Shown: piece after piece, positions 1 to 9,933 of the stretch
Position numbering within the stretch: the first letter of the stretch is position 1
Layout of the letters: the number at the start of each line of letters is the position of its first letter
Assembly: GCA_963828465.1 (NCBI GenBank)
Contig: CAWHEU010000002.1
Span: forward strand, 1 to 64,000
Direction of reading: 5' to 3'
DNA length: 64,000 bases
From: an uncultured Acidobacteriota bacterium
GTDB lineage: Bacteria; Actinomycetota; Acidimicrobiia; Spongiisociales; ZC4RG35
Notes under the pieces: model-generated
Databases searched by the model: none
Told to the model about the DNA's origin: nothing
What the model saw: only the letters and a program-made list of their open reading frames with translations
Made by a program: the position numbers and the translations under genes

Positions 1-281
1 GGCAAACACCGTGATCGCATCCGCCGGCGCAACGAGGTAGACCGTGACTTGCGCCACGTCGTCCTGAGTGGCGCCCGCTTCCTCCAACACAGCGATTACG
101 TTGCGCAGCGCCTGAGCCGACTGAGTTCCGACGTCGTCCCCGACGACCTTCCTTATTTCCTTTCCTGGTCGATCCCGTTCTGGCCACCCACCACGAGAAG
201 GGAGCCACCTTTCACCAATACACCCTGGCTGAACACCGGGTTCTGGTCGAGCGACTCCGGATTGATATGGGTCAGTGCCAT
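1..281 (-). CDS. RidA/YjgF-family protein (runs off window start; frameshift near 155)
   Basis: MALTHINPESLDQNPVFSQGV..VVGGQNG N-terminus typical of RidA; AGGAGGA RBS at 287-293. Confidence 0.7.
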
Positions 282-363
282 TTGTGTCCTCCTGACGGGC
301 CCGTCACACGACCAGTCAGCCCTCCGATTTCCCCCCCGGACGCGGTGGAACACGGGCCGGCGG

Positions 364-389
364 GTTAGCCGAGCGAACGCAGGGGGTAA
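364..389 (+). promoter_or_regulatory. SigB/SigF-type promoter
   Basis: GTTA-N16-GGGTAA upstream of the 435 gene. Confidence 0.55.
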
Positions 390-434
390 CTGAGGACAGA
401 CCATCCGGGAGTTGCCATTCGAGACGGTTCTGCT

Positions 435-949
435 TTGAGTTCGTCGACGATCCCTGCCGACGCGCCCGAGTCCAAGACAGAACGTGTTCTCCATGTTGCT
501 GCATTCACTTTTGTGGGGGCCACGTTGTTGTTGGCTGCGACGTCCCTTCTCGGAGTTCGGACCGGGACCGTGACCGCCCAGGGCAAGGGCTATTCGATCG
601 AGGTGCTGCGCACGCAGATCAGTCGTCCCGGCCTCGCCACGCCGTTCGGCGTCGTCATCTCGACGATCGACGGGTCGGACCTACCGGAAACGATCACTCT
701 GAAGTTGGACACGTCCATCTGTCCAGCTTCGACTTCAACGGTCTGGAGCCAACACCGTCGGCGTCGTTCAGCACCCAGGGCTGGACGTGGTGGTCGTTCG
801 ATGTCCCGCCGGATCAATCGAGCCTTCGGGTGGGCCTCGATGCCCGGCTCGAACCCTCTGTGCAGTGGGCGAGATCGGGGTCGGCGACACTCGAGATCGA
901 CGGCAAGAGCCTGGTCGGAGTCGATTTCACCACCTGGGTCATGCCCTGA
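435..949 (+). CDS. Hypothetical membrane-anchored protein (frameshift near 717)
   Basis: N-terminal TM helix; alternative frame continues ..FDFNGLEPTPS..DFTTWVMP to TGA at 947-949, just before the next RBS. Confidence 0.55.
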
Positions 950-959
950 GGAGGGAATC

Positions 960-1406
960 ATGGAGATATTGCTGCGGGCGACAGTCGTCTATTGGTTTCT
1001 CTGGCTCGTGGTTCGAGGGACCGGGAAGAGATCACTGTCCGAATTGACACCGCTCGACCTGCTCTTGATCGTCGTCGTGGGCGACTTTGTCCAGCAAGGC
1101 GTGACTCAGGAGGACATGTCGGTCACCGGGGCCATCATCGCCGTGTCTGTGTTCGTGGGGTGGACCGTCCTGGCCGACGCCTGGGAGCGGAGATCGAAGA
1201 CGGCGAGACGTCTGTTGGTCGGTGAGCCGGTGATCGTCCTCCGCTCGGGAGAACCCTTGCAGGAGAGGCTGGACAAAGAGCGGGTCACGGTCGACGAGTT
1301 GAAGGAAGCGGCTCGGTTGGATGGCTATGGCGATCTCAGCGACATCGACTATGCCGTGCTGGAGACCGACGGCAAGCTCAGCTTTATCCCGGCACAGTCC
1401 AAGTGA
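960..1406 (+). CDS. DUF421/YetF-family membrane protein
   Basis: GKRSLSELTPLDLLLIVVVGD and AVLETDGKLSFI motifs; GAGGAGG RBS before ATG 960. Confidence 0.85.
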   Translation: MEILLRATVVYWFLWLVVRGTGKRSLSELTPLDLLLIVVVGDFVQQGVTQEDMSVTGAIIAVSVFVGWTVLADAWERRSKTARRLLVGEPVIVLRSGEPLQERLDKERVTVDELKEAARLDGYGDLSDIDYAVLETDGKLSFIPAQSK

Positions 1407-1435
1407 AAGGGCGGGCCCTGACGGGCCCGCCCTTT
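1406..1435. terminator. Bidirectional intrinsic terminator
   Basis: Perfect 13-bp stem AAAGGGCGGGCCC-TGAC-GGGCCCGCCCTTT between convergent genes. Confidence 0.8.
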
Positions 1436-1452
1436 GTTGGTTCGTATTCTTA

Positions 1453-1527
1453 TTAGAGGATATAGATCAAAAGGGCGATGATCAGAAGTACGCCGACGAT
1501 TGTCCAAATGACTCCGGTTCTTGCCAA
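1453..1527 (-). CDS. 24-aa single-pass membrane peptide MARTGVIWTIVGVLLIIALLIYIL
   Basis: AAGGAGG RBS, TTG start, own SigB-type promoter upstream and terminator downstream. Confidence 0.7.
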   Translation of the reverse strand: MARTGVIWTIVGVLLIIALLIYIL

Positions 1528-1553
1528 GACTGCCTCCTTTGCGTCGGGACTAC

Positions 1554-1619
1554 TTACCCACGCACCACCGCGGCGAAACGAAACATTTGTCGCGGTTGAG
1601 AGAATCCCGCTGCGGGTAA
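1554..1619. promoter_or_regulatory. Divergent SigB/SigF-type promoters
   Basis: Minus: GTTT-N16-GGGTAA (1579-1554); plus: GTTG-N15-GGGTAA (1595-1619). Confidence 0.6.
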
Positions 1620-1630
1620 AGGTGGCGGCC

Positions 1631-2620
1631 ATGTCGACCGATCCCGCGATAATTGCCGACGAACTGACCAAACGCTTCGAAGAAGAGGCCGGCGTCTTCG
1701 ACCTCGATCTTCGGGTGGACCGCGGGCGGATCGTGGCCCTTATCGGCCCGAGCGGATCCGGGAAGACAACCACTGTGCGCTTGATGACGGGCCTGCTCGC
1801 TCCCGACTCCGGGTCAATCGCCGTCCTGGGCCAGGACCCGACGAGATTCACGGCTGAAACGAGGTCACGCATCGGCTACATGGCCCAGGAATCCGTCTTT
1901 TTCCCCGACCTGACCCTTCGGGAGAATCTCAATTTCGCAGCCTCCCTGTTCGGGGTCCCTCTCCGTCGAAAGCGTCGGGTGAACGAGATCGTGGAACTGC
2001 TCGATCTCGGCGAGGCCTTTGACCGACTGCTTCGCGATGTCTCCGGTGGTGAAAAGAGAAGATTGTCGCTGGCGGCGACGTTGATCCACGGACCGGAGCT
2101 GTTGTTCCTCGACGAGCCGACGGCGGGAATCGATCCAATCTTGCGGACGAAGTTTTGGGACCACTTCGAGGACCTCTCCGAGCAGGGGTCGACCCTTATG
2201 GTCACGACCCAGTATGTGGGCGAGGCGGCATACTGCGATCTGGTCGGGGTGCTCGCGCAGGGCCGGGTGCTGGCCCTTGACACACCGGACGAACTACGTC
2301 GGCGTGCCTTTGGGGGCGACCTTTTCGATGTGGTTCTGGCTGCCCCACCGGCACGTGACGACCTGGTTGCCCTCACACGGGCCGAAGGGATCAACAAAGT
2401 GACCTGGCTCGACGATCACAGCGTGCGCTTGGTCGTTGAAGATGCCGGAGTGGTGTCTTCCACCCTCGCCGACTGGGCAAGCCAGCGCGGTCTCGACCTG
2501 GAGCGATCGGAGGCCTACCTACCGCCATTCGACGACGTTTTCGTCGAGTTGGTGAACGCGGCCGAGGAGCAGGTGGTCGATGAGGTCGATCCGGACGACG
2601 ACGTGGCGCTGGTGGGCTGA
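1631..2620 (+). CDS. ABC-2 type exporter ATP-binding subunit
   Basis: Walker A GPSGSGKT, signature VSGGE, Walker B LFLDEPT. Confidence 0.9.
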   Translation: MSTDPAIIADELTKRFEEEAGVFDLDLRVDRGRIVALIGPSGSGKTTTVRLMTGLLAPDSGSIAVLGQDPTRFTAETRSRIGYMAQESVFFPDLTLRENLNFAASLFGVPLRRKRRVNEIVELLDLGEAFDRLLRDVSGGEKRRLSLAATLIHGPELLFLDEPTAGIDPILRTKFWDHFEDLSEQGSTLMVTTQYVGEAAYCDLVGVLAQGRVLALDTPDELRRRAFGGDLFDVVLAAPPARDDLVALTRAEGINKVTWLDDHSVRLVVEDAGVVSSTLADWASQRGLDLERSEAYLPPFDDVFVELVNAAEEQVVDEVDPDDDVALVG

Positions 2621-2628
2621 GTGATTGC

Positions 2629-3853
2629 ATGAGATCGCTGACCCGGAGCCTCGCCTTCCTTCGCAAAGAGCTGATTTCCGTCTGGCGACAGCCCCGACTG
2701 ATCGTCACTCTGGTACTGGGACCCTTCCTGATTCTCTTTCTCTTCGGTCTCGGTTATCAGGAGATGCCAGAACCCTTCCGAACAGTCGTGGTGATCGACG
2801 AGAGTGGATCCGCCATTGGCGTCGACGCCGCCAAGCTGGACGAGGCGTTTGGCGAGGGCATCGAGCTGGTCGAGGTCACCGATGATCTCGACTCGGCTCG
2901 CCAGAGCTCTGGTGTCGGGGGAGATCGATCTCGTCCTCGTCGCTCCCGAGGACGGGCTCGAGACGCTGGAGGGCGGGGAGCAGGCCATTTTTTCCGTACT
3001 CCACTCGCAAATCGACCCGGTGATGACGGGGAGCATCGACCTGCTCGCCCGCCTCTCGGTGGATCAAATAAATCAGGAAGTGCTCACAGGCGTAGTGGAA
3101 CAGGCCCGTACTGAATTGAGCCAGACCGATGGCCCGCTGGCCGACGCCCTGGAAGACGTGCCGGACATCGATCCCAGTCTGTTGGTCAGCCCATTCACGG
3201 TGGAGACCAGTCCGGTGACCGAGCAGCCCCCCTCCCAGGCGGCGTATTACGCACCGGGAGTGCTGATCCTCCTGGTACAGCACCTCGCCCTGACCTTTGC
3301 TGCCCTATCCCTGGTTCGCGAACGCCAGTTGGGTATGACCGAGATGTTCCGGGTCTCCCCGTTGACCGTCAGGGAGGCGATGTCGGGCAAATATCTGTCA
3401 TTTCTCGTCCTCGGATTGGCCCTTGCCACCGGCCTCGCCTTCACGATGCCACTGCTGGGGATCGAGGTCCAGGGGCCCCTCTGGTCTTTTGCGATCACCG
3501 TCGCCCTGGTGATCTTCGCCTCGCTGGGTCTCGGCTTTGCCCTGTCGGGATTGGCCAAGAGCGACAGCCAGGCCGTTCAGTATTCGATGGTGGTGCTGCT
3601 CGTTTCGATCTTCTTCACCGGCTTCGTCCTACCACTGGATCAGCTCACAGTCCCGGTCCGCTGGGTCTCGTATCTCGTGCCCGGAACCTACGGGATAGCA
3701 GGGCTGCAAGACGTGATCTTTCGTGGGCAACCGGCCCGTCCCCCCCTTATGGGAGCCCTTTTGATCTACGGCCTGGTGATGGTGGCGCTCGCCTGGCTCG
3801 CGGTCCGGAAGGACGTGGAGCCGGCGAGTGCCCCGGCCGTGAAGGTCAGTTAG
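2629..3853 (+). CDS. ABC-2 type permease (frameshift near 2900)
   Basis: N-terminal TM helix, VRERQLG motif, C-terminal TM bundle; split across ORFs 2629-3114 and 2804-3853. Confidence 0.85.
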
Positions 3854-4275
3854 TCCATCAACTGCTCGAGATTGGTCCGAAGCTCCTCCCATGCCGTGCG
3901 GACGTCCTCGCTGACCTCGATCTCGTCCAGCTGCTGCTCGAACGCATCCAAACTCGTCTGTATCTCTTCCCGGGCGATTGACCCATCCTCGCGAATCGAC
4001 TCGATGGAGGCAGTGAGCTCGGCATTCAGCGTGTCCCAGGCCGATCTCACCTCCTCGGCCGACTCGGACTCGGCGATGGCATCGGACAACGCCTGGATGT
4101 CTTCCTGGAACGCGGCGACGGCGGCGAGGGCATCGGAAGATGCATCCGTCCCTCCGGATGTGCCTGCCAGTGTCGTGCCGGTGAGCGCTTCGGTGGTCGT
4201 GCCCCCGGTCGCATTTGAACATGCCGCCAATGCGAGCACTCCGACCAATGCGGTCGATGTGAATCCTTTTCTCAT
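3850..4275 (-). CDS. Putative lipoprotein, acidic helical
   Basis: Signal peptide with lipobox LAAC; Thr/Gly-rich linker. Confidence 0.7.
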   Translation of the reverse strand: MRKGFTSTALVGVLALAACSNATGGTTTEALTGTTLAGTSGGTDASSDALAAVAAFQEDIQALSDAIAESESAEEVRSAWDTLNAELTASIESIREDGSIAREEIQTSLDAFEQQLDEIEVSEDVRTAWEELRTNLEQLMD

Positions 4276-4324
4276 TTCCTGCTCCAATCAGACGTCAAAT
4301 TGCGGTATGACTGACCCAAAACGA

Positions 4325-4352
4325 CCGAAGCCACCCTCGCGGGTGGCTTCGG
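4325..4352 (-). terminator. Hairpin terminator after csbD
   Basis: CCGAAGCCACCC-loop-GGGTGGCTTCGG followed by TCGTTTT on the minus strand. Confidence 0.65.
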
Positions 4353-4370
4353 CTCAGCTTCCAGGTCGAC

Positions 4371-4583
4371 TCAGAACTGCGAGTCGACGGTGTCCTCTTC
4401 GAGGCGCTCGCGGATCTGCTCGGCAGTCTCGCCGGTCTTCTCCTTGATGCGGCCGACCAACTCCTCGTAGTTGCCTTCGGCAACATCGAGGTCATCGTCG
4501 GTCAGATCGCCCCATGCCTGCCGGGCCTTGCCCTTGAGCTGGTCCCAGCGGCCCTCCCACTTCATCTGCGTGGAATCCTGCAT
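4371..4583 (-). CDS. csbD: CsbD/YjbJ general stress protein
   Basis: EGRWDQLKGKARQAWGDLTDDDLD..EG..ELVGRIKEKTG signature; AAGGAG RBS. Confidence 0.9.
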   Translation of the reverse strand: MQDSTQMKWEGRWDQLKGKARQAWGDLTDDDLDVAEGNYEELVGRIKEKTGETAEQIRERLEEDTVDSQF

Positions 4584-4639
4584 AACGCACTCCTTTTCCT
4601 GGCGTCGAAGGCATCTTGCCTTCATGTTTCGAGGTCCAC

Positions 4640-4697
4640 TTACCACTTCACCGAGAGGGGGAAACCTCCGCGGTTTCCCGATCGCGGCTACGGGAAA
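4640..4697. promoter_or_regulatory. Divergent SigB-type promoters (csbD / CinA-C gene)
   Basis: Minus GTTT-N16-TGGTAA (4665-4640); plus GTTT-N15-GGGAAA (4673-4697). Confidence 0.5.
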
Positions 4698-4707
4698 AGG
4701 GTTTGCC

Positions 4708-5151
4708 ATGTCTGATCCAGTCCCAAGTGTCGCCATCGCCGAGTCCTGCACCGGAGGGCTCGTCATGGCTCGAATCGTCGCCACCCCGGGATCGGGTGAT
4801 TGGTTCAAGGGTGGGGTGGTTGCCTATGACGAAGAGGTGAAGTCCGGCCTTCTCGGCGTCGAACCTGGCCCGGTTGTCACCTCAGCGGCAGCACAGCAGA
4901 TGGCGAGGTCCGTGCGGGAGCTCCTCGGATCGGACCTCGGCATCGCCACCACGGGCGAGGCCGGCCCAGATCCCGAGGAGGATGTGCCTGTTGGAACCTT
5001 GTTCGTCGGCGTCGCCGACCGGAACTCGGTCCGAGTCCATCACATCGTCCTCTCCGGGCAGCCGGATGAGATTCGCGCCTCAGCCGCAGAGTTGGCTCTG
5101 CTTCATCTGCGTCGTCGGGCGGGTCTCGACGTCAGGCTGCGCGCCGGCTAA
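4708..5151 (+). CDS. CinA C-terminal / PncC-like NMN deamidase
   Basis: AESCTGG and TTGEAGP motifs. Confidence 0.85.
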   Translation: MSDPVPSVAIAESCTGGLVMARIVATPGSGDWFKGGVVAYDEEVKSGLLGVEPGPVVTSAAAQQMARSVRELLGSDLGIATTGEAGPDPEEDVPVGTLFVGVADRNSVRVHHIVLSGQPDEIRASAAELALLHLRRRAGLDVRLRAG

Positions 5152-5486
5152 GCGTCAGGCGATCCGATAGTGGGTCGAATCGAGAAGGCCTCGCGCACGC
5201 CGGCGAGCTCGAGCAGCCGCATCACCGGCCCTTCGCCGACAACCAAGTGCAGCACTCCACCGGACTCCTCGAGGCGAGATCTCTGGGTGATCAGGACTTT
5301 GAGCCCCGCCGAGTCCATGAACTCGGTCTTCCGCAGATCCAGGAACACTTCCTTGTTGGAGAACTTGGCGAGCGCCTTCTCCAGGGTTGGGGCGGTCGAG
5401 ATGTCGATCTCACCCTTTACGACGACCACGTTGTGTCCGCCGATCCTGCTGGTCTCGAGATCGAACTCCGGGCCCAACTCCACCAT
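5148..5486 (-). CDS. STAS anti-sigma-factor antagonist
   Basis: GEIDISTA and DLRKTEFMDSAGL with phosphorylatable Ser. Confidence 0.9.
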   Translation of the reverse strand: MVELGPEFDLETSRIGGHNVVVVKGEIDISTAPTLEKALAKFSNKEVFLDLRKTEFMDSAGLKVLITQRSRLEESGGVLHLVVGEGPVMRLLELAGVREAFSIRPTIGSPDA

Positions 5487-5514
5487 TGTTAGTCCGCCCG
5501 CCCGTTTGGATCCG

Positions 5515-5540
5515 GTTTGTGTACCGGAGTGGGAGGGTAA
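5515..5540 (+). promoter_or_regulatory. SigB/SigF-type promoter for corA-like gene
   Basis: GTTT-N16-GGGTAA. Confidence 0.6.
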
Positions 5541-5587
5541 GTCACCGCTCGGTGACCTCCTCCACTGACTCAAAGTCTTCTCGTGCC

Positions 5588-6589
5588 ATGCCCGCGGATG
5601 GTACTGCCTCGTGGCCGGCCGATGCCGGTGAGCCGGGTAGCCGTGTCTGGTTGTACCGCGGCGATGGCGAGGATGCCCCGGTCCAGATCGAGTCCTCCCT
5701 GCCCGACATCGGCAAGAAGGATCTGCTGTGGGCAGACGTCGATTTGGAGTGCGCCGGGGACCTGAGCCCGCTGTGGGAGAAGCTGGAGATCGAGGAACTG
5801 GTCGCCAGGATCGATCAGGACACCGATCCGACTCTGATTCACCAGAACGGCGTCCTGGAACTCGCGGTGAAGGCGCTGCGGGTCGGGCCTCGTCCCACGC
5901 CCATGACGTTGCATTGCCTCGTCGGCCCCAACTGGGTGGTGACGTTGCACAAAGGGGAACTCGACTTGGTCGAAGAGTTCAACAAGCCCCTCAACGGCGA
6001 AACCCGGATCGGGGACCTGAACGGGCCGGCATTCCTCTCATTGGTGCTCGACTGGCAGATCTCGGGCTACTTCGGCGTGATCGAAAGCCTGCAGACTGAG
6101 ATCGACGAATTAGACGAGGAGCTTCTCGCCAGGTCTCCGGACAAGAATGACTTGCTCGATCGCCTCCAAGCGCTGCGTACCCGGGTCCGTAAGTTGCGCA
6201 ACACGCTCAGCTCCCATCGCGAGGTGCTTGGCCTGCTCAGCCATCCGCGATCCGATGCCTTGATCGGAGCAGAGGCGGTGGAGGACTACAAGCGGTTGGA
6301 AGACCGGCTTCAACAGGCAATCGACACGGTTGATACCACACGGGAGATGATCGTCGGCTCCTTCGACATCTTCATGACCCGCACCGCCCAAACAACCAAT
6401 GACATCATGAAGCGTCTCACCATTGTCTCGGTTCTTTTGCTTCCGGCGGCAGCGCTGGCAGGGATCATGGGAATGAACTTCAAAGTCGAGTTCTTCGAAT
6501 GGCCATGGATGTTCTGGGTGACTATCACTCTGATGCTCGCAGTGGCCGGGGTAACGCTGTTTGTGGCCAAACGGCGGAAATGGCTCTGA
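5588..6589 (+). CDS. corA: CorA-family divalent cation transporter
   Basis: GIMGMNF motif between two C-terminal TM helices. Confidence 0.85.
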   Translation: MPADGTASWPADAGEPGSRVWLYRGDGEDAPVQIESSLPDIGKKDLLWADVDLECAGDLSPLWEKLEIEELVARIDQDTDPTLIHQNGVLELAVKALRVGPRPTPMTLHCLVGPNWVVTLHKGELDLVEEFNKPLNGETRIGDLNGPAFLSLVLDWQISGYFGVIESLQTEIDELDEELLARSPDKNDLLDRLQALRTRVRKLRNTLSSHREVLGLLSHPRSDALIGAEAVEDYKRLEDRLQQAIDTVDTTREMIVGSFDIFMTRTAQTTNDIMKRLTIVSVLLLPAAALAGIMGMNFKVEFFEWPWMFWVTITLMLAVAGVTLFVAKRRKWL

Positions 6590-6603
6590 GGTTTCGCTAA
6601 CAA

Positions 6604-7314
6604 TCAGTCCTCTGGGATGCGGAGACCCATGTGGACTACCGCACGGCATATTTCCGTGAGTTTCACATTGGTGCGGCGGCTCTGATTGCGCAGTCTGGCA
6701 AAAGCGTCGTCGAGACTGATGCTGTGCTCGCCGGCGAGCATTCCCTTGGCTTGTTCGATGACCACGCGACTGTCCAACGCCCGTTGGAGTTGGTCGGCGA
6801 GCTGTCGAGCCTCCAGCATTGCCGACACCCGGACCAGGAATGCCGTCGCCATGTCAGCGAGCACACCGATAACGTCCAGATCATCCTCGGTCCAGTCCCT
6901 GGTGTCTTCGTTGTAGACGTTGAGGGCTCCGAGGCCGCGGCCATTATTGACGAGGGGATAACCCACCACGGATCGGAGCTGAAGTTCTTCCGCCCTGACC
7001 CTATAAGCGGGCCATTCTGGATGCGCGTCGATATCGGAGACCGGGACGGGCTGGCGGGTTTGGTATGCGGTGACGCAGGGCCCGGTCTGTGAGCTCTCCT
7101 GGATTTCCTCGATGGACAGGATCCTCTCGTCGGTGGCCGTCACAAATCTGAGCACGTCGCTCTCATCCACGACCGAGACGCCTGCGCCGGTGGCCGAGAG
7201 GACATCCACCGCCCGATCACAGAGCTCGTAGCACATCTCAGTGACGTCATAGGAGCGTTTCATGGCAGCCGCAAACGATCGGAGTGCTTGCAGCAAGAGC
7301 GCTTGATCGGCCAT
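6604..7314 (-). CDS. GAF-ANTAR RNA-binding regulator
   Basis: GAF (GPCVTAY, LGALNVY) plus ANTAR (LQRALDSRVVIEQAKGML..AFARLR). Confidence 0.9.
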   Translation of the reverse strand: MADQALLLQALRSFAAAMKRSYDVTEMCYELCDRAVDVLSATGAGVSVVDESDVLRFVTATDERILSIEEIQESSQTGPCVTAYQTRQPVPVSDIDAHPEWPAYRVRAEELQLRSVVGYPLVNNGRGLGALNVYNEDTRDWTEDDLDVIGVLADMATAFLVRVSAMLEARQLADQLQRALDSRVVIEQAKGMLAGEHSISLDDAFARLRNQSRRTNVKLTEICRAVVHMGLRIPED

Positions 7315-7482
7315 CGAAGATCCCTCGGAATTGGCGGCGTCAGCCTGCCGGGCTGCGAATGAAGGATCGAACAGCTCCCAGGAAAACCAGGGTCGGGACC
7401 ATTGGGTCAGGTCACTTGTAGAACCCAGCGAGCATCAGAATGCTCGGCATCCGTGCTTGAGCAGCACTCTCACCGTAGCCGG

Positions 7483-7851
7483 TCAAGCGCCAGAGACGAT
7501 ATCTGCAGAAGCTCCGTCGATGCGAATGCCGACGTCACCGATCAATTCCATCAGCCTGCGCACGCGGGAGGACGCTGATGTGATGGTCAATACCCGTCCG
7601 TCTTGGAGGCCGGATGCCGCCCTTGTCAACGGTTCGAAGCCGGCGCAATCGATGAAGGACACCTTGCCCAGGTCGACATGAATCGGATGACCGTCGCCAT
7701 CAGCGAGGGCGCGGTTCAGGCAATCCTCGAGATGATGCACCGACCCCAAGTCGAGCTCCCCACTCACCTGGATCAACGTGGCCGCAGGTGTCGAGTGCAA
7801 CAGGACAGAGACGTATTGAGCGGGATCGACATGCGACTCGGCGGTACCCAT
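7483..7851 (-). CDS. STAS domain protein (Cys at the usual phospho-Ser site)
   Basis: GELDLGS and DLGKVSFIDCAG. Confidence 0.85.
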   Translation of the reverse strand: MGTAESHVDPAQYVSVLLHSTPAATLIQVSGELDLGSVHHLEDCLNRALADGDGHPIHVDLGKVSFIDCAGFEPLTRAASGLQDGRVLTITSASSRVRRLMELIGDVGIRIDGASADIVSGA

Positions 7852-7939
7852 GAGTTTGCCCCCAACGACAATCACTTCAGCCGAGGTCTAGAGCTGTGCC
7901 GAGGGAGCCATGGTCCGGGGCGTCGCCTCGCCGGCAATG

Positions 7940-8000
7940 ATACCCCAATCTGCGTAGCGTCAACCGAGGGACCGGATTCGCCCCTCACGACTTGGGGTAA
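7940..8000. promoter_or_regulatory. Divergent SigB/SigF-type promoters
   Basis: Minus GTTG-N15-GGGTAT (7964-7940); plus GATT-N16-GGGTAA (7975-8000). Confidence 0.55.
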
Positions 8001-8005
8001 GTGAA

Positions 8006-8398
8006 TTGCCATTCAGGAAAGGGGACCAGCGGCCCCACCGCTCCAGATCCATGGCGGCAAGGCGATTCGACCCGAGACCCCAGTTCGTAGCCGAAGCCCG
8101 AGCATTCGTCCGTGAACACACCCGAGGCTTGAGTCGGGCCGAGGATATCGAACTCGCTGCGTCCGAATTGGCGACAAACGCCATCCACCATGCGATGACC
8201 CCCTTCGAATTGTCCATTTACGTCGCCTCGCAGCAGGTTCGACTCGAAGTGAGTGACGCGTCCCCCGTCCTTCCCACCCTGACCGAATCGGCCGGTCGAC
8301 GCCACGGTCTTCACATAGTGGAGGAACTCGCTCAAAAGTGGGGTGTCAGGGAGATCGATGGTGGGAAGACTGTCTGGGCGGAGTTCACTACGAAATAG
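8006..8398 (+). CDS. RsbW-like HATPase_c anti-sigma/ATP-binding protein
   Basis: SELATNAIHH, EVSD, GRRHGLHIV, WG..GKTVWAE. Confidence 0.85.
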   Translation: MPFRKGDQRPHRSRSMAARRFDPRPQFVAEARAFVREHTRGLSRAEDIELAASELATNAIHHAMTPFELSIYVASQQVRLEVSDASPVLPTLTESAGRRHGLHIVEELAQKWGVREIDGGKTVWAEFTTK

Positions 8399-8777
8399 CC
8401 GGCCTAGGACGAGCGTTTCCGTGCCGTGGCCCCGTAGTACGCCCTGTTTTGAAAGAGCTTCCCCATGAGCCGTCGGAGAAATCGGATCATCGGATGGTTC
8501 GTGCCGAATCCAGCAAGCTGATCAGTTCGAGTGCCTGGCGTGTTCGCTGGTTTAGAGCGGGGGATTCTTCTGAATTGATGCAACATGACTGGTTTGTGCC
8601 CTTGGCTTGACGGATAAAAGCCGCGCCGTTCTGAAATCAACCGGTTGCTAGGCCACAATCATCGAATCAGTGCCGACAGCATCGTGGGCTGCTTGGTCGA
8701 TCTCCACCGACGGCGTGGTCTCCAAAAGACGCCAATTGGTATTAACAGAAGGGTGGCCGCCAGGAAAGGTGCTGAGG

Positions 8778-9728
8778 TCAGGTCTCCAGGATGCAGTCGA
8801 ACAGGATGCGAACCGTCGTCCCAGATCGATTGCTACGCAGTTGGATCAGATCGGCCACCTGGTGGGCAAACCAGATCCCGCGTCCGCGCTCTTCGGTGAT
8901 CTTGGGCCGTCGTAGTCCGATGAGCTGATCCTCGATGAAGCCCAGGTCCCGAATCTCGCAGACAAGCCTTCCGCCTGCTTGCCACACCCCAAGCGTTCCG
9001 CTGCCCGTGTACCTGATGCTATTGGTTGCAATTTCGTTGACGGCCAGCACCAGGTCGGAAATGCGATCTTCCTCGACGCCAAAGTGGCGAGCATCCATGG
9101 CAAGTTGCCGCCTCATTGCGCGCAGACCTTGCTCGGTGAAAGGAACGAACGCATCGTCGGTTATCAATGCAGGCGATAGCTGGCGCTCGGTCTGGCCATT
9201 GGCCTGGAAGCTCTCATTGGCTTGCGATGTTGAACCGCTGCCGATGAAAGGATGAGAGCCTGTCAGATCGTCGAGCACGCTCCCCGGAAGTGACGCCGTG
9301 TCAAACGGGCAGCCGAGGTAGAGGCTGAACTCCGGTTCGGTGAACGCCCCGTTCAGCAGCCCCTCGTATATCTCGCTCTCCTCGATCTCGTCAGAGTCGC
9401 GCCCGGCGTAGATCGGCTCCCCAATGCCCCAAACGGCTCGTCCCGCTGCCCCGTGCCGCTCGAGGAAGTCGCTCCAGACCGAGATCAACCGACCAGGGTT
9501 CCGTCCGACCTCTTCCATTGGCGCCAAATCGATGTGATTGCGATTGCCGACGAACGCTGTCTGGAACCCCGAGAGTGTGTCTGATTGGACGGCGATTAGG
9601 ACCGGCTCCTCACGGTCGAGGGCGGGACCCAAGAAGCCCGTGACCTGTTGCAGGAGCAATTCGCTCGACTCGTAGGGCAGACCTTGATGTCGGAATTGGG
9701 GGGCGTCCTGGACGGTCACGATGCGCAC
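8778..9728 (-). CDS. MEDS-domain + HATPase_c anti-sigma-like regulator
   Basis: MEDS (GRNPGRLI, WGIGEP) plus C-terminal NEIATNS..GRGIWF. Confidence 0.8.
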   Translation of the reverse strand: MRIVTVQDAPQFRHQGLPYESSELLLQQVTGFLGPALDREEPVLIAVQSDTLSGFQTAFVGNRNHIDLAPMEEVGRNPGRLISVWSDFLERHGAAGRAVWGIGEPIYAGRDSDEIEESEIYEGLLNGAFTEPEFSLYLGCPFDTASLPGSVLDDLTGSHPFIGSGSTSQANESFQANGQTERQLSPALITDDAFVPFTEQGLRAMRRQLAMDARHFGVEEDRISDLVLAVNEIATNSIRYTGSGTLGVWQAGGRLVCEIRDLGFIEDQLIGLRRPKITEERGRGIWFAHQVADLIQLRSNRSGTTVRILFDCILET

Positions 9729-9907
9729 ACTGTTGGGGGAAGGCCACGCCTGGGACCGGGAGGACCTCGACCAAAGATTAGCGCACGGACGACGGCGGAC
9801 CCGAGCGCGGACGCTCGATCCAATCGGCCGCGTCGAGTTTCAATCGACGTAATCATCACGGGACTGCTGGGCACGAGAGGCCTCTTCCCGGGGGGTTGCC
9901 GGGTGAA

Positions 9908-9933
9908 TTACCCCGTTAGAGAGGTAGTCAAAC
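9908..9933 (-). promoter_or_regulatory. SigB/SigF-type promoter for the MEDS gene
   Basis: GTTT-N16-GGGTAA. Confidence 0.6.

Noticed and set aside
435-1406. 323-aa DUF421 fusion
   Set aside because: Frameshift near 717; separate stop at 949 and RBS/ATG at 960
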